From NCBI RefSeq assembly GCF_021028975.2, contig NC_059427.1, forward strand, positions 110,050,001 through 110,114,000: DNA of 64,000 bases. The letters run 5' to 3'. The position numbers were made by a program, and so were the translations under genes. The stretch comes from Sphaerodactylus townsendi (Eukaryota). This document shows, piece by piece, positions 60,471 to 64,000 of this stretch (positions are counted from its first letter, which is position 1; every line of letters begins with the position of its first letter). A model generated the notes under the pieces. That model ran no database searches. It was not told where the DNA came from and saw nothing but the letters and a program-made list of their open reading frames with translations.

Positions 60471-61289
60471 AGGTATCAAAAGAAAGCAGTCAGCTCAGAA
60501 TAACTTTCCTGTTAGCATAGTCTTGCACCATTTATTTATTTATTTTATTCATTCATTCATTCATTTATACATTCATTCATTCATTCAATTTCTATACCGC
60601 CCGATCCCCGGAGGGCTCCGGGTGGTGAACAACATAATATAAAACAGCAAGCAGGAGCAAATCCAATATAATACAAAACATAGGCTCCATTAATAAAACA
60701 TCTTAAAATACATAAAAACAGCGGCTAACAATTAACAAATTAAACAAGAGGCGTCCACGGCTCAATTAAACCCACCCCCCCCAAAAAAAATTTAAAGGAT
60801 TTTCACTCTATCTATTCAGTTATTGGGAAGAATTTTGAAGTGGAAGCCTTGTGATTGTTGATTTTATACTTCTCTGTAACTTATATTGGGGTTTTTTAAA
60901 TGTTTTTTAATTTTATATTCTATATTGTAAATATAGAATATATTAATTTTTTTTATTTTATATTCTATATTGTAAAGGCCTAAAGCTGTTCAATAAAATC
61001 TTTGATGATGATGATGAATAGTTAATTATTTCAAAAACTGCTGAAAGAACCTGAACCATCAACAAGTTATTACTCTCCCTGTTTTTATTCTGTCAGAGTG
61101 ACTAGTCAGAGTGGCAAGGATAGTTTTGATATCCAACCTGGGCCTCAAGCAGGATTTGAATAGGTCAATTGGAAGTGATATATTGGAAGTTAGCCATTAA
61201 GCACTGGCTTAGAATGCATAAAACCCTTTGGCCGTAACACCTTGCCCTGCGTGATCTAATAGGATAGTCTCCAAACTTAAACATATTGA

Positions 61290-61945
61290 ACTTAATCCAG
61301 AATATTTGCTGGAATTAAACATCAACAGGGCAATGCCAATTATCTTTCAGTGTCTTTGCGATACTGATAATGCCTCACTTCCCACTTTTTACAAATCCTT
61401 AAAGTCGTGGTCGGGTACTTCATCAGCCTCTTACCTTTTCAATATTAACTCTATAAAATGCAGATGGGCCTTCTCTAGAGTCTGCTTTGATTAATTCCTC
61501 TCAGCTTCTCCTAACAGGCAGATTTCAGAGAATCTCGTATGATCTGAGAACCTGTTATTGTAAATCAGGGGAGGCAGAAACTTTAACCCACATGTTATTG
61601 TACTGTAAAATGTATCAAGATGAAAGAAACAACTTAATCTACCCCCTAGTATCACATTTGGCAGGGAAGGAAGGGATAGATTTGGATAGCTTAAAATTAA
61701 AAATCTTGCTGCAGGATAGAGTTTCCAAGACCTCCTTTCAGATTGCGAAATTTTGTTTTCCAATCTATAAAAAGTGTAACTCCTTGCTAAAAGGTGCAAT
61801 AGATCAACATTGCTTGAGAATGCTGTGATTATTAAGTAGTAATGTCAAGTTTTAGGATTTGGTTATGTGACTAAATTGTATCTATGTTTTTGTATCTTTT
61901 TTATTGTTGATGACTGGCCATTGGCTGTATAAATAAAAATTACTA
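61290..61945 (+). mobile_element. 3' fragment of a second RTE-X-like LINE
   Basis: CRWAFSR...GRFQRISYDLRTCYCKSGEAETLTHMLLYCKMY (C-terminal Cys/His motif), followed by AATAAA. Confidence 0.75.
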
Positions 61946-62726
61946 GTTGCTAATGGGTCACGATAATCAGTCTCCTCAAGAAGTACCTGGAGTTGTCCAG
62001 CCAACACATATAATAGTGTCTTGCTAAAAAGAGGGAGATGCGAACAGCCAATAGAGAGTCCAAGGAGGGTTTCTTTGGGACTGGTCTAATGATAACATCT
62101 TTCCAGGATGCTGAGACCACTTTCCAAAGAGTCATTTATAATTTCCTTGATAGGTCACTGTCTCCTGGATAGATGTAATTAAGTAATCACAGAGGATAAA
62201 TGGTAGTTTGGACCCCTCCAAGCACTCTGTAGACCTCTCAGGTTGCAATAACTGAAGCTCTGGTAACTATGCTGCATGAATAGTGATGCTAAAGTCACAG
62301 TGAATGCAAATTATTCATCTGCAAAGTACCTTGTAAACATATCAGATGGTATGTTGAGATCTCAATAAAGTTTTAACCTCATCTACACCAAGCAGGTTTT
62401 TTGGCATGCTTAAAGCAGCTCCAGTGGATAGCTCTGAGCAGATGCAGGGGTGGGTGGTGGGGAAGTGACTCGAATATAAAACAGGTGGAGTGAGAAATGT
62501 GAGTAGACTGGTCTGCTCAGTTCTGTAAAGAGAATGGAGGCTTGTTAGCCTTGGGGATAGGGTCAGGACATCAGGTTTTAACATTCTAGTTCACAGAAAG
62601 GAGTGGAGTGTAGAAGACAGAGGAGAAGTCAACATGTGCTGTGTTTTGCCACCATACAGAAGTACCATGACCATTTTTATGCTTCTCAGTTGAAAAATAG
62701 ACCACAGAGTCTCTTTGTTCATATAG

Positions 62727-62808
62727 GTACTCATCATGGATCATCCCAGCACACGCATTGTCTCATCCTGTTTTAAGATGTCAGACCTTCTGGCTGAAGG
62801 AATCACAA
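62727..62808 (+). CDS. STXBP2: STXBP2 exon 3 (82 nt)
   Basis: catatAG|GTA; VLIMDHPSTRIVSSCFKMSDLLAEGIT(I); donor A|GTGAGT. Confidence 0.96.
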
Positions 62809-63101
62809 GTGAGTGACTTTGGCAAAGTTCTTGGTGCTCTGTTTCTGAGCAGGTACCTTCCTTCTTCTCTACATAACATTAGCTCTTCCTTCCATCCCAC
62901 AAATTATGTGTCAATCCAAGCTCAACAGGCTCCTCAGGTTGCTGTCTAGCACCATCCCAACACACTTCACTATGCATCTTGATGCCATTGATTTGAATGT
63001 TCATGTGGCCCATGTTTTCTGCAGGCCCTGAGAATTGTTTTGCTCCTTTGTCTTGCACCCATCCCAGACACAACCACCTGATACATATTTGTTTTCTTCA
63101 G

Positions 63102-63178
63102 TTATCGAAGATATTAACAAACGCCGAGAGCCCCTCCCCAGCTTGGAAGCCATCTATTTGCTCAGCCCCATTGAGCCG
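63102..63178 (+). CDS. STXBP2: STXBP2 exon 4 (77 nt)
   Basis: ttcttcAG|TT; [25 protein letters not shown]; donor CCG|GTAGGT. Confidence 0.96.
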
Positions 63179-63449
63179 GTAGGTCCTCAGTCTTGTATCC
63201 ACTGCCAGTTTCTGGAGAAGGCACAAATTTATTGGAAGGACTGATAGGGGTGGGGGTGTATGTGTGTGTGTGTATGCTGACACTTTTGGCTGTTACTACT
63301 TCCTAAGGTCTTTATGGGCTTCATGCAATTCCCACAGGAATTGTGTATGATTAAGGGTGCTTGGTGGCTGATTGAAGCCAAGGGAAGCTAGTAGCAGAAT
63401 CTCAAGGATGTGTGTTCTTGCTACTAACACACTATTTTCCCCTCTGCAG

Positions 63450-63528
63450 TCAGTGCGCGCTCTGATAAACGACTTCAAAGGAACACCTACCTTCTCATAC
63501 AAGGCTGCTCATGTCTTCTTCACTGACA
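63450..63528 (+). CDS. STXBP2: STXBP2 exon 5 (79 nt); gene continues beyond the window
   Basis: ctctgcAG|TCA; [26 protein letters not shown](T); donor A|GTAAGT. Confidence 0.96.
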
Positions 63529-64000
63529 GTAAGTCAAGGGCTGCTCTCAACCATACAGGAAAAGGCTAAATGGGAAGTTTTATGATTTGGAAGATGTAAA
63601 GTGTTTTAAAGTTCACCAGGGAGTTCCTGAGACCCTGACAATGACTTGCGTTCCCATGGAAGTGAGTCATAAAATGCAGCAAGAGATCAGGGGGAACAGA
63701 GATGAGTTTCCACAGAGAGAAAACTATTTGTTTTACCTGCCAGGAATGGCAAAATGGATGGCTGTCATAAAACATAGTCTGGTCATTGAGCTGTATGGGA
63801 CATAAGCCCTGGGTTGACTGGGAGAACTGGGGTTCCCTTTCCTATGTGGGGCAAGTTCTTTAAATCTGGATTGGATTAAGAGTTATAAAATTGGAAACAT
63901 ACATTAGACTTCGTTCAAATGCTAGAATTCAGATTCGTCTGCATGAAGCAAGTGGTGGTCAGGATATGCATTTGTTCCATGGACATCCATTGAGAGTGCC

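Noticed and set aside
1-64000. CRISPR arrays, tRNA or rRNA genes
   Set aside because: Vertebrate DNA with no repeat-spacer arrays; tRNA- and 5S-like segments are SINE heads

Overview
Squamate reptile genomic DNA, probably a gecko judging by the Squam3-type SINEs, 5S-Sauria-type SINEs, SPIN and Penelope repeats. It holds four protein-coding genes, all reconstructed by hand from splice signals. (1) First coding exon of a kisspeptin receptor on the minus strand (1299-1584). Its position beside RETN/STXBP2 points to the Kissr-4 paralogue that eutherians lost. (2) A complete 4-exon resistin-like gene, RETN-A (+, ~18.65-26.36 kb, 110 aa). (3) A second complete 4-exon resistin-like gene, RETN-B (-, ~34.1-31.24 kb, 116 aa), tail-to-tail with RETN-A across a 239-N gap. 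(4) Exons 1-5 of STXBP2/Munc18-2 (+, from 39042), with a CpG island and a 17.8-kb intron 1. The rest is transposon-rich: hAT/SPIN/Tc2 MITEs, Helitrons, DIRS, Penelope, CR1, L2, RTE-X-like LINEs and SINEs. The most interesting signals centre on the resistin pair. Their promoters are alignable, and the homologous STAT site differs by one base of spacing (N4, STAT6-type, in A; N3, GAS-type, in B). A 98-bp near-perfect inverted repeat brackets the signal-peptide exon of RETN-A. A 12-bp duplication gives RETN-B a second N-terminal cysteine. An intact-looking minimal hammerhead ribozyme motif lies in a Penelope fragment at 9031-9073. Repeat family names come from recalled motifs, not database searches.
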